Source: Macrostomum hystrix (lineage: Eukaryota > Animalia > Platyhelminthes). From it: a stretch of 64,000 nucleotides of DNA. The DNA is taken from NCBI GenBank assembly GCA_950097015.1, contig CATNEN010000038.1, forward strand, positions 33,976,001-34,040,000, given 5' to 3'. Under the pieces are notes generated by a model, which was not told where the DNA came from, made no database searches, and saw only the letters and a list, made by a program, of their open reading frames with translations. Of the stretch, positions 36,801 through 48,196 are shown in pieces (the first letter of the stretch is position 1; every line of letters starts with the position of its first letter). The translations under genes and the position numbers were made by a program.

Positions 36801-39800
36801 ATCAGTGCCTTAGATATATCCCAGATTTATCAGCGCCTAAGATATATCCCAGATTCATCAGCGCCTCAGATACTTCCCAGATTCATCAGCGCCTCAGATA
36901 CTTCCCAGATTCATCAGTGCCTTAGATATTTCCCAGATTCATCAGTGCCTCAGATACTTCCCAGATTCATCAGCGCCTCAGATACTTCCCAGATTCATCA
37001 GCGCCTCAGATATTTCCCAGATTCATCAGTGCCTTAGATATTTCCCAGATCCCTCAGCGCCCTAGATATTTCCCACATCCCTCAGCGCCCTAGATATTTC
37101 CCACATCCCTCAGTGCCTTAGATATTTCCCACATCCCTCAGCGCCCTAGATATTTCCCACATCCCTCAGTGCCTTAGATATTTCCCACATCCCTCAGCGC
37201 CCTAGATATTTCCCACATCCCTCAGTGCCTTAGATATTTCCCACATCCCTCAGCGCCCTAGATATTTCCCACATCCCTCAGTGCCTTAGATATTTCCCAC
37301 ATCCCTCAGCGCCCTAGATATTTCCCACATCCCTCAGTGCCTCAGATATTTCCCACATCCCTCAGTGCCTTAGATATTTCCCACATCCCTCAGCGCCCTA
37401 GATATTTCCCAGATTCATCAGCACCTCAGATATTTCCCAGATTCATCAGTGCCTTAGATATATCCCAGATTCATCAGTGCCTTAGATATTTCACAGATTC
37501 ATCAGCGCCTTAGATATTTCCCAGATCCTTCAGCACTCTTGAGGATTTTCAGCACATCTTAAATTATGACAAGTTATTCAATGAAAAAATGTTAATTTTT
37601 ATACTCTAGGTCGGAATGCATCGCCGCCTACGAAGAGGAGCTCGCTTTCTTTGGCATCGCAACCGAAGTAATGGGCGATTGTTGCTACGAAGATTATCGC
37701 GATCGTAAGCGGGAAAATGCCGAACGAATCTTTGACGATAAAGACTCCGACGCCGAAAAGTGCATGCCGCACAGCACTATTCGTGAGAAATTGTGGCGCG
37801 CTTTTGAAAATCCGCACTCCTCAACTGCGGCCCTAGTAGTCTATTACGTAACAGGCTTCTTTATCGCCGTGTCCGTATTGGCCAACGTGTTTGAAACTAT
37901 TCCGTGCGGGGTGGAACCCGGCACAAGGTCGAATCCGTCCTGCGGCGATCAGTTTTCTAGCGCATTCTTCTGTCTGGACACAGCCTGTGTGCTCATCTTC
38001 ACGCTGGAATACGTGGCCAGGCTCTTTGCCTCTCCTGAGAGGCTTAAACAGGTGATTACTCCTGAGATTATTGTCATGGCTTACTATTTTTCGAGGGTAA
38101 TAAAAATTAAAGAATGAAATTAAAAAGTAAATAAAGGCGAGGAGGGAATAAAGACGAAATAGATACGAAGGGATTGGGGAATGTGGAGGTGAAAATGGTG
38201 AGAATAAGTCAGTAAAAGGAAAAGAAAGGAATGTAATAAGGTAGAATGAGATTCGGACTGGAAAATGTGAGAATAAGATAGGGGAATGAATAGGTAAGAA
38301 TAAAATAGAAGACTGCAATTATTCTGTAATCTTCCTCAGGCCCGAGCAGTGATGAGTGTGATAGATCTGGTTGCCATCCTGCCCTACTACATCGGCTTAT
38401 TTATGCCCGACAACAAAGACCTTAGCGGCGCATTCGTCACACTGCGCGTATTTCGTGTGTTTCGCATTTTTAAATTCTCTCGCCACTCGATGGGCCTGAG
38501 AATTCTTGGCTACACGCTGCAGTCTTGCGCCTCCGAGCTAGGCTTCCTATTGTTCTCTATGTCTATGGCCGTTATCATATTCGCCACAATTATGTACTAC
38601 GCAGAGAAGAACCAGCCCAATACTGGCTTCTCGTCTATTCCGGCCTCGTTTTGGTACACTATTGTTACTATGACAACGCTTGGGTAAGTTTGATTTTATC
38701 TTCTGTGGCTCTAAAGAGAAAAATCATAAAGTGGGAAAAAAATTCCTGGCCATTCCCGATCTGACAAGGTGAATTTTAAAGTTTTCTTCTCCTACGCATC
38801 GTGCATGTACTACTATGGTATTTCCATTCCAAAAGGCATACTGTCTTGTCTACCTGCCTGTCTCTCTACCTACCCATGGGACTTTTCTAGTCATGGTCTA
38901 TCTTATCAGCTATCATTCGCCTGATTTGTCCAAGAACAGAAATGGTAGCTTTTCTACCTTTAATGAAATTTCATCCTCAATCTTGATAAGTTCAAACTGT
39001 TCATTGGAAACTAAAGGTAACTGTTCATTTGGAACTGATGGTAGCTGTTCATTAGGAACTGAAGGTAGCTGTTCATTAGGAACTGATGGTAGCTGTTCAT
39101 TAGGAACTGAAGGTAGCTGTTCATTTGGAACTGAAGGTAACTGTTCATTAAGAATTGAAGGTAGTTGTTCATTAGGAACTGATGGTAGCTGTTCATTTAG
39201 AACTGATGGTAGCTGTTCATTAGGAACTGATGGTAGCTGTTCATTTAGAACTGATGGTAGCTGTTCATTTGGAAACTGAAGGTAGCTGTTCATTTAGAAC
39301 TGATGGTAGCTGTTCATTTAGAAACTGAAGGTAGCTGTTCATTAGGAACTGGTGGTAGTTATATTTTATATACGATCTATTATGGTCTGCAAGGGTGTTG
39401 ACAATTTAATGTGTTATAATGTGTTATTGTTTTTTTGTCTATCGCCACTAACTGCAGCTACGGTGACATTGTGCCAGCCACTATTATTGGCAAGATAGTT
39501 GGCGGCGTCTGCTCGCTCTCTGGTGTGCTGGTCATTGCTCTGCCTGTACCAGTTATAGTGAGCAACTTCTCTCGCATCTATCATCAGAATCAGAGGGCGG
39601 ATAAGCGCAAGGCGCAGAAGGTTCGGAGCTTGCTTTGTGTTTTTGCTTCTCTCTCATCTCACTTCGATTATTTCTTTATAAAATTTGAATCAAATCAAAA
39701 TCTGATCTTAAATCTAATATCCTATTGAATTTCTTATATCTCACACCTTTATCTCAGTCTCTAACTGTTTAACCTCGTGCGTTAATCTTATCTCAGTCCT

Positions 39801-42800
39801 TAATGTCTCAAATTCATCTTATTCTCGAATCTCATATCTTTATCTCAGTCTCTAATCTCATATCTTTATCTCAGTCTCTAATCTCATATCTTCATCCCAG
39901 TCTCTAATCTCATATCTTTATCTCAGTCTCTAATCTCATATTTTTATCTCAGTCTCTAATCTCATATCTTCATCTCAGTCTCTAATCTCATATCTTTATC
40001 TCAGTCTCTAATCTCATATCTTTATCTCAGTCTCTAATCTCATATCTTCATCCCAGTCTCTAATCTCACATCTTTATCTCAGTCTCTAATCTCACATCTT
40101 TATCTCAGTCTCTAATCTCATATCTTCATCTCAGTCTCTAATCTTATATCTTTATCTCAGTCTCTAATCTCATATCTTCATCCCAGTCTCTAATCTCATA
40201 TCTTTATCTCAGTCTCTAATCTCATATCTTTATCTCAGTCTCTAATCTCATATCTTTATCTCAGTCTCTAATCTCATATCTTTATCCCAGTCTCTAATCT
40301 CATATCTTTATCTCAGTCTCTAATCTCATATCTTTATCTCAGTCTCTAATCTCATATCTTCATCCCAGTCTCTAATCTCATATCTTCATCCCAGTCTCTA
40401 ATCTCATATCTTCATCTCAGTCTCTAATCTCATATCTTTATCTCAGTCTCTAATCTCATATCTTTATCTCAGTCTCTAATCTCATATCTTCATCTCAGTC
40501 TCTAATCTCATGTCTTCATCTCAGTCTCTAATCTCATATCTTTATCTCAATCTCTAATCTCATATCTTTATCTCAGTCTCTAATCTCATATCTTCATCTC
40601 AGTCTCTAATCTCATATCTTTATCTCAGTCTCTAATCTCATATCTTTATCTCAGTCTCTAATCTCACATCTTTATCTCAGTCTCTAATCTCATATCTTTA
40701 TCTCAGTCTCTAATCTCATATCTTTATCTCAGTCTCTAATCTCATATCTTCATCTCAGTCTCTAATCTCATATCTTTATCTCAGTATCTAATCTCACATC
40801 TTTATCTCAGTCTCTAATCTCATATCTTCATCTCAGTCTCTAATCTCATATCTTCATCTCAGTCTCTAATCTCATATCTTTATCTCAGTCTCTAATCTCA
40901 TATCTTCATCTCAGTCTCTAATCTCACATCTTCATCCCAGTCTCTAATCTCATATCTTTATCTCAGTCTCTAATCTCATATCTTTATCTCAGTCTCTAAT
41001 CTCACATCTTCATCCCAGTCTCTAATCTCATATCTTTATCTCAGTCTCTAATCTCATATCTTCATCTCAGTCTCTAATCTCACATCTTCATCCCAGTCTC
41101 TAATCTCATATCTTTATCTCAGTCTCTAATCTCACATCTTCATCTCAGTCTCTAATCTCATATCTTTATCTCAGTCTCTAATCTCATATCTTCATCTCAG
41201 TCTCTAATCTCACATCTTCATCCCAGTCTCTAATCTCATATCTTTATCTCAGTCTCTAATCTCATATCTTTATCTCAGTCTCTAATCTCACATCTTCATC
41301 CCAGTCTCTAATCTCAGACATTTGTCTATGTCTTTGATCTTACTCATTTTTCTCAGTTTTTATCTCGTTTTTTCCCTCATTTCAGTCTAATCTGACCCAG
41401 AATTTGTACATTTAATCCTCAGTCGATGCTTTAGCCTATACCCGATATTTTCTCAATATTAACTTTTCAATCTCAAAATTGCGCGCAGAAATCGCGGCTA
41501 GCCCGAATTCGTCTGGCCAAAGCCACTTCCGGGGCCGCATTCATTGCTAGCAAACTGCGCTGCAGCGCATCAGCATCAGCTCTGGCTAACCAGACGGATG
41601 ATGCAACCGCTCCCTCTGTTGCCTCCGTGGGTCCATTCGAACGGCAGCATCACCACCTGCTCAACTGCCTAGAGAAGACTACTGGGCGAGAATTCGCCGA
41701 AGTCGATCAGGCTGACATCCAGACGCTGAGGTTGGAGCCAAAGCTGGAGTCAATCAACACTCGCGGCGCTGCAGCCATTGGCCCGGCCGAACCTGCTGGC
41801 CGCGACAACGGCAGCGGTTGCTGCGGCGGCATCCTAGGACTGCGACTTCCGTGCGGTGGCAGTGATTCGCGAGCTCATCTGGTAATAAAGGGCTAGAGAC
41901 AGGTGGACTAGATCAATTGAGACAAGTGAATTAAATACGATTAGCTAGTTGAATATGGCATAAGCATGTTGTAGTTTATAATTTCTAATTCAACTGTTCT
42001 GCTCTGTCTGCTCAAAATGAAGTGTAGCATTGATTTGACATACCATATTGCTTCTCTGTTAGTTCTGTGTATCAGAGTTCTAGTTTGATCCTCAACCAAT
42101 TCTCATCTACTCATTAGATGTGTGTCAATTCGATTGGAAATCTGTGTGACAGGCTTGTGTTTAACTTTTATGGCTACCTCATTTATTAGAGTGATCAAGA
42201 TAAGAGAGGGCTGAGCTGAGACTGGACTGTAGTATGAGTTATGACATTGACCAGTACCAATGTCACGTAGAGCTGAGATTCAAATCAGGGGAGAGCTGAG
42301 ATCTATATCATGCAGGCAAGGTTAAGATGTTGGTCACGCAGAGGGCTGAGGCTGAGATCATGCATACAGGGTTGAGAAGTTGGCCATGAAGGGAGTGCAG
42401 AGATGTAGGTCATGTTTGGAAGGCTGAGACTTTGGTCATGTAAAGGCTGAGATGTTGGTCATCGGAAGGCTGAGGTTTTGGTCATCGGAAGGCTGAGATG
42501 TTGGTCATGTCTGGAAGGCTGAGACGTTGGTCATCTTTGGAAGGCTGAGACGTTGGTCATCTGAAGGCTGAGATGTTGGTCATCGGAAGGCTGAGATGTT
42601 GGTTCATGTCTGGAAGGCTGAGACGTTGGTCATCGGGAGGCTGAGATGTTGGTCATCGGGAGGCTGAGATGTTGGTCATCGGGAGGCTGAGATGTTGGTC
42701 ATGTCTGGAAGGCTGAGATGTTGGTCATCGGAAGGCTGAGATGTTGGTCATGTCTGGAAGGCTCAGATGTTGGTCATGTTTAGAAGGCTGGGACGAGCTA

Positions 42801-44516
42801 AGATCAAAAATAAAAAATTTGCTGGCGTTAGCTACTTGCTGAATATTCTTTTCAGTAGAAGGAGAACTGCGCTTTGGGGGGGGGCGCAAATTGCTGTTAA
42901 TCCCCGGTAGACTATCTGTCTCTAAGCCCCACGAGAGCGTCAGAAAAAGTTAATGATAAAAAATAATGAAACTGACTGGCCGTAAAATAGCTCCAAGGCT
43001 TTCCGAACCGGATTCTCGGCCCTAGCCTGGCACTGTACATTTCAATGCTGTTGGCTTTGAAGAAAAAATATGCGTTTCAGCTTTTTTTAGTAGTAGGCCG
43101 CATCAGAGCACACACACACACACACACACATTCACGGACATTCGCCAAGCCGCTCAGTGTGATTATCCTATCCAACGGACCAGAGAAAAAACTCGCCGAA
43201 ATTCTGCCGCGCTTCTGTTCAGCTTTGACACTGTTGCTAGACACAAATAGATGAGTGAGAGTGGCTTGGGTAACTGAGCAGGCGAGGACAGGGTGGGAGG
43301 GTCGCCGGCAATCTCCATCTGCCATCCCGATTAACATTTCCGTCGTGTCGGCTGCCGACTAGTTATTTGAGCTGTGATCGTAATTTTTTCCCTTACTCCC
43401 GCCCCCTCCTCAACTAAAACCGGATGAGAGTAGTTTTTATATATAATATAGCCTAAACTGTACTAGCCAGCTAGCTGCAGTTATCCAACTCAGTCTAAAA
43501 GGATAGAGACAGTTTGCTGCATTAAAATTCTGGCCCAGTAGCGGCGGTGGCTCCCACGAGGGCCCGGAACGAGTGCGAGAGATCGGATGCCATCCATTGG
43601 ACTACAACTGCTGCATTTTTTGCTGGATCAGTTTTCTATATTTGTGTTTGTGCGTGTTTGCAAAAACTAATTTCTAGCAGAGCTTCTTTAGCCCTTCAGG
43701 CGTTGTTTAGATCTTTTAAATTGTAGTTCGACCCCTCGTTTCTGCAGTAGTTTTGTAGGCCAACCTTGTAGGGAGCTTGTAGCCTCAGAGGTTGGAAGTT
43801 CGAATCTCAGCCCATATAAGAAACTATTTGTGGCGGCAACTCCACTAACAGTACGCAGCCAGATGCTGAAGCAAGGAAAAATTGAGTATCTTACTCAGCA
43901 ACAGAGACTTTTTAAATTGGGTTAAAATTCGAACCCAGTCCATGGACATTACGCAGTAATTGGCTGAAGCAAGGAAAAATTGAGTATCTTACTCAGCAAC
44001 AGAGACTATTTTAATTGGGTTAAGATTCGAACTCCAGTCCATGGACAGTACGCAGCCATTGGCTGAAGCAAGGAAAATTTGAGTATCTTACTCAGCAACA
44101 GAGACTCTTTTAATTGGGTTAAGATTCGAACTCCAGTCCATGGACAGTACGCAGCCATTGGCTGAAGCAAGGAAAAATTAAGTGTCGTACTCAGTAGCAT
44201 TCAGTTAAGATTCGAACTCCGACCTCTAGGCGAAGTTCACGAAGCCAACAATAAACAGAACGGATTGTAGTTCTTTGTATTTAGATCTAACGCAGAAGCT
44301 CTCCGTCTCCCTATTCAGTCTGGCCGAAGCAGCCCAGCTGACCTAGAGGAGGAAGTAGCCGTTGAGGATGTGGGCCCGAGCTCTCCTACGCAGCAGTCAC
44401 TGGAGCTGGCCGCTGTCTCAAATCCGTCAGCCGGTATCGACGTTCGAGATTCTGCAGACACGGGAGGCTATTTTAGTTCGAAAAGATCTGATCGAGATTA
44501 TAATAATGTCGCTTAA
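33877..44516 (+). CDS. Shal: Voltage-gated K+ channel Kv4/Shal (KCND family). Exons 33877-34004, 34345-34554, 37610-38051, 38340-38683, 39458-39620, 41489-41881 and probable last exon 44319-44516
   Basis: [19 protein letters not shown]-terminus, T1 [23 protein letters not shown]4 [15 protein letters not shown], pore [28 protein letters not shown]; consistent GT-AG phases. The last exon rests on branch point, pyrimidine tract and phase only. Confidence 0.94.
34025..34180 (-). mobile_element. SINE family B fragment in Kv4 intron 1
   Basis: Reverse complement matches the family B body (GTCAGGCAGTGTACACTCTCA, TGCACGACAAGCCC). Confidence 0.6.
34720..37550. repeat. 28-bp minisatellite (CACATCCCTCAGTGCCTTAGATATTTCC and CAGATTCATCAG variant) with embedded duplications of the intron start
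   Basis: Tandem copies; a unique ~170-bp block recurs at ~34550, ~35060 and ~35710. Confidence 0.95.
38990..39360. repeat. 24-bp minisatellite GGAACTGATGGTAGCTGTTCATTA in Kv4 intron 4
   Basis: Tandem copies visible directly. Confidence 0.92.
39830..41315. repeat. 26-bp minisatellite TCTCAGTCTCTAATCTCATATCTT(T/C)A in Kv4 intron 5
   Basis: Tandem copies visible directly. Confidence 0.95.
42400..42790. repeat. 23/26-bp minisatellite GGTCATCGGAAGGCTGAGATGTT in Kv4 intron 6
   Basis: Tandem copies with a degenerate 5' flank. Confidence 0.9.
43850..44190. repeat. ~99-bp tandem repeat (about 3.5 copies) containing SINE-like sequence
   Basis: GCTGAAGCAAGGAAAA at ~43866, 43962, 44062, 44161; CCAGTCCATGGAC...GTACGCAG shared with the family A SINE tail. 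Confidence 0.85.
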
Positions 44517-45069
44517 ATAAAAATCGATTAGACACTCTAATTTACATATAAAAGCACCGACACTTATCCTGCTTCTTGTTGCGCTTTAAATCACCAAATC
44601 GGGCATCTTGTACACAAAATCTAACTATTTATTGACCCAATAGATAATATGCTTGACTAAGGCTAATTAATTTGTTTTATTACTCTAAAATACTATAAAT
44701 TTGTTCTCCTATTTTTCTATTTGTTCTTGTCTAATTGAATAAATAAATAAAGTTTACGTTGTGTGTTCGATTTCTGTCTTGGCTCACTTGTCTTAGTTTT
44801 ATTAGTCGGAAATAACTATTTATGCGTGCAACAGTCTGCAGTATCGGCATCAACATTTTAATTAGATAGATATATACATCCAGATTAGGGTCTTAATTTT
44901 CTAAAGAAGATTAAGCTTTTTAAAAACCGAAATAAGCGAGGTTAGGTGTCAAAATGTGGAAATCTATATGGTTATTTCAATTACATTTACAAAGTTTTGT
45001 CAAACTACTTATTTTAAGTAGGCTAAACTCGTTTTTATTTTCGCAGCGTAATTTCTTTCCAAAAGCGCA

Positions 45070-46568
45070 ATGAAACCGCCGACTCTGCATCAAGGCTCTG
45101 TGACAGCTCATGACGTCATTTCTGATACCCAGCGTGCTCATCTTCTGTTCTATAGTCACGCCGTGTCGCCCTGCTCAAACTATGTCGCCTATTCGACTAA
45201 TTTTGGTCATGTAATTTTGTGCGACCTCGCTGAGTCATCGAATTCTCAGACAGATAAGCCAACTGAAATAACTGGCAGTTTAGATTCGTCTATGGCCACA
45301 ACTGAGTCACTGCTATCGCCTGCTAGAACTGTCCGTGTTCAAACTAGTAGCGGTATTTACAGCCTAGCAACCGTTGCTAAGGCAGGTGATAACAATGGCT
45401 TTCTAGCGGCTGGTTACGCTAATGGCATATTTGGCTATCTCTGGAGCGATTTCTTAAAAGATGACGTCAACCCGGGTTCTAGTCCGGCTCCTCGCTGGCA
45501 CCTTCAGCTGGCCTCGTCTGCTAATTCAATTGCCGGCCAGTCAAACGAAGGTCAACAATTGTTTGTTGGCTGTAGCGACGGCTCTGTCCGGCTCTTTGAT
45601 CTGGGCCACGGTGGCAGACTAATTAGAACCTGGAGCTTCGGTGAGAACCTTCGAGGAGATGTGGGGAGACACGCACACACGGATACCTATTGGTTAATAT
45701 TTAACAGCCAGTAAGAAATGACACCTAGAATAGTTAGACCAGATCTATCAAATGATGTGTACTGGGGGACCGTCACACACCCTGAAGTAGTATTGTATAC
45801 TCCAGCTGTTGCAAGTGGCCCTTTCATATCCTGGTGAACTGAAGCACTGGGGAACTGAAGCTTTTTGCCCGCTGCTGATACCCCAATAATTGTGGCCTCG
45901 CCGCGGACTTAGTTACGAGTACACTTTCACCGCCAGACAATGCCGGGGACACTGACTCGTCGACGTCAGTTCTGCGCGTTTGTACAGCGGCCAACTCCGC
46001 GGATGCCGGCGCCGGCGCCTCGGCTCTGATTAGCGACGAAGCTGGCTTTGTCCGTCTGTTGGACACGCGTCAGCGGCAAATTCGTGCCAGTTTCCAGCCG
46101 GCGGCGGCTAGCCCTGGAGACTGTGTGCTGGCTAGGCCGCGCCTTGGCAACTGGTTAACCTGCTTAGCCTGTCGGCCAGACAGCATTGATTGGTTCGCCT
46201 GCGGCGGCGGCCCGCGCCTAGCCATTTGGCATAGCGCCAATCTGACTAAACCTGTGGCCACTGTTGCCTGGCAACCGACTGTTGATAACTACGGTCCGTC
46301 TAGAGAATTCACTCCATTGTGCGCCGCATTTTCACCTTGTGATCGTTTGCTAATTGGCGGAAACTGCGCCGTCGCTGGCCAGGTGTCCACAGTCAATGGA
46401 GAGCTGATTGCTGCCACTAGGCTGTCCTGCAGTCAGGCCATGTCCATCGGCTGCCTGGCTAGACGCCCAGCTTTCCAGCAGGACTGGAGGTTCACAGCGT
46501 GCGGCTTGGGGCCCAGGACCGATGTTTGCTCCAAGCTGGGCTATCGTTTATTTAGCATGGCTGCCTAA
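45070..46568 (+). CDS. THOC6: WD40 protein, THO complex subunit 6-like. Exons 45070-45640 and 45937-46568
   Basis: FYSHAVSPCSNYVAYSTNFG, RPRLGNWLTCLA, DWFACGGGPRLAIWH and C-terminal DVCSKLGYRLFS match recalled THOC6 motifs; phase-1 intron. Confidence 0.82.
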
Positions 46569-46599
46569 TGGCGGGCTTCAAGTTCTAACAGCAGGAAGA

Positions 46600-46866
46600 C
46601 CACGCTGTTTCACCCTTGGGGAAAGAACACGAAGGTTATTTCAATTATCCACTGCCTATTTCACGACAGCTCCTAAACCAAATGACCTATTTTCGTGAAA
46701 GTCCACTATTTAGATCAAAAACTTTCCGCCCTTTAGATCAAATAACTTTCAAAGCCGTCCGAGTCAGCATCGTCGAGATATTCAGCGATTTTTGTCGAAG
46801 ACCCTTGCTGACAGAGACAACTATCATTGCTGTGTATAAACCTCTATGACGAATCCATATTGGTTC
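46600..46866 (+). repeat. Second copy of the dispersed ~270-bp repeat (see 22520-22786)
   Basis: Colinear similarity. Confidence 0.75.
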
Positions 46867-47794
46867 ACAGGTGTATAAGTTAACAATATAATCAGTACAG
46901 TAGAGTCAACAATAATAGCCGACATGATTGCATGATGCGATTTTGCAACCAGACACCCCGACGAGAATCGTTAAAAAAATCTACACGATGCCGATGTTTT
47001 GTGATTATGGAAGTTGCCTCATCATATAGGGCAGATCATCAGATATCCCATTAGGGGATATTTTGGGGATACAGAAAAATGTATATGTGGTTATTTTAAA
47101 TAACCTCTTGGTCTTTATGCCGCTATGAGTATCGCCTGTTTGTCATTATCTCGGATGTTACCTTTCGATGTGACCTTGATAGTCACGTGCAACCATGATT
47201 TGTTATTTGGCAGTCGAGGCTCTCAGTATCACCGTAATATGTAACGCTATATTAAACTGACAGTCGCTAACCCACGTGGCTGTCACATTGTAAACCTGCC
47301 GTTTAGGCGTACCACTTGATTAGCCTATTTTTAGTTACAAAAAGTCGTCGCTGTGCTAACCAACTAAACAAAAAAGTTAAGTACTGCATTTTTGTCAGTC
47401 AATTTACGAGTATATTTAAAATTACGTTTTGTTTGTTGCTGTGTAACTAGTTTACTAGAGAAAATTGGCATGTTCTCTCTCAGTAAAAGTAAAGTTGCAG
47501 CTGTTTGTAAAAATCCGAAATTAAATTATTTATTGTTCTGTAAAATAAAAACAATACTCTATTGACTCTAACTTGTAACAATTGAAATTTTGTATGCACT
47601 TGTCTGTCAGGCGTAAATATACATTTGTTTTTAGGGATATTTTCTTCGTATTCCAGAACTGTTTCATTGCTTTCATCAGATTGCAAGGAGATTAAACTGA
47701 TTTCGTTGCAATTTCTAGATTAATTAACGAAAAGAAATGGAATTCTTACCTAACCCAATCAGAACCATGTCATAGCAACAACTATTGCGTGGCA

Positions 47795-47950
47795 CTTTTA
47801 AATGCTGTGTACAACAGCTTTGTCCATGGACTGGGGTAACCAACACACTCACCAAAGCGTCTACCTTAGCTAATGCTGGTTCACATTTTAAAGCTAGCTT
47901 AGCTGAAGCTGTTGGGAATTCAAGTGACCTTTTGAGGACAGAAACATTTT
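47795..47950 (-). mobile_element. Degenerate SINE family A fragment
   Basis: GTCCATGGACTGGGG and AGCTAATGCTGGT are reverse complements of sequence in 14490-14550. Confidence 0.6.
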
Positions 47951-48196
47951 TCCTACTAGGTGCGCAAACTACCTAAAGTTCCTTATAGCTGTTCTGATTT
48001 CTCATTCTGATAGCATATAAAAATAGTTAGTAATTAAACTACTGTTCAATTAATTTAATTTCTTAATTTAAACAATAAAATTATTACATTTCTTTTAATT
48101 TCAGCCTATTTCATAGACACCTAATGCGTTATTGGCATTGAATCGTTACTGGCGTAGGTTGGATATCACTGGATAGGTTGACAAGAAGCCTATATA

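Noticed and set aside
34850-37520. Minus-strand unit reads CTGATGA-ATCTGG-GAAA-TATC, like a tandem minimal hammerhead ribozyme
   Set aside because: Stem II closing pair and stem I cannot form
38815-39293. Repetitive ORFs (PNEQLPSV / GTDGSCSL)
   Set aside because: Artefact of a 24-bp intronic minisatellite
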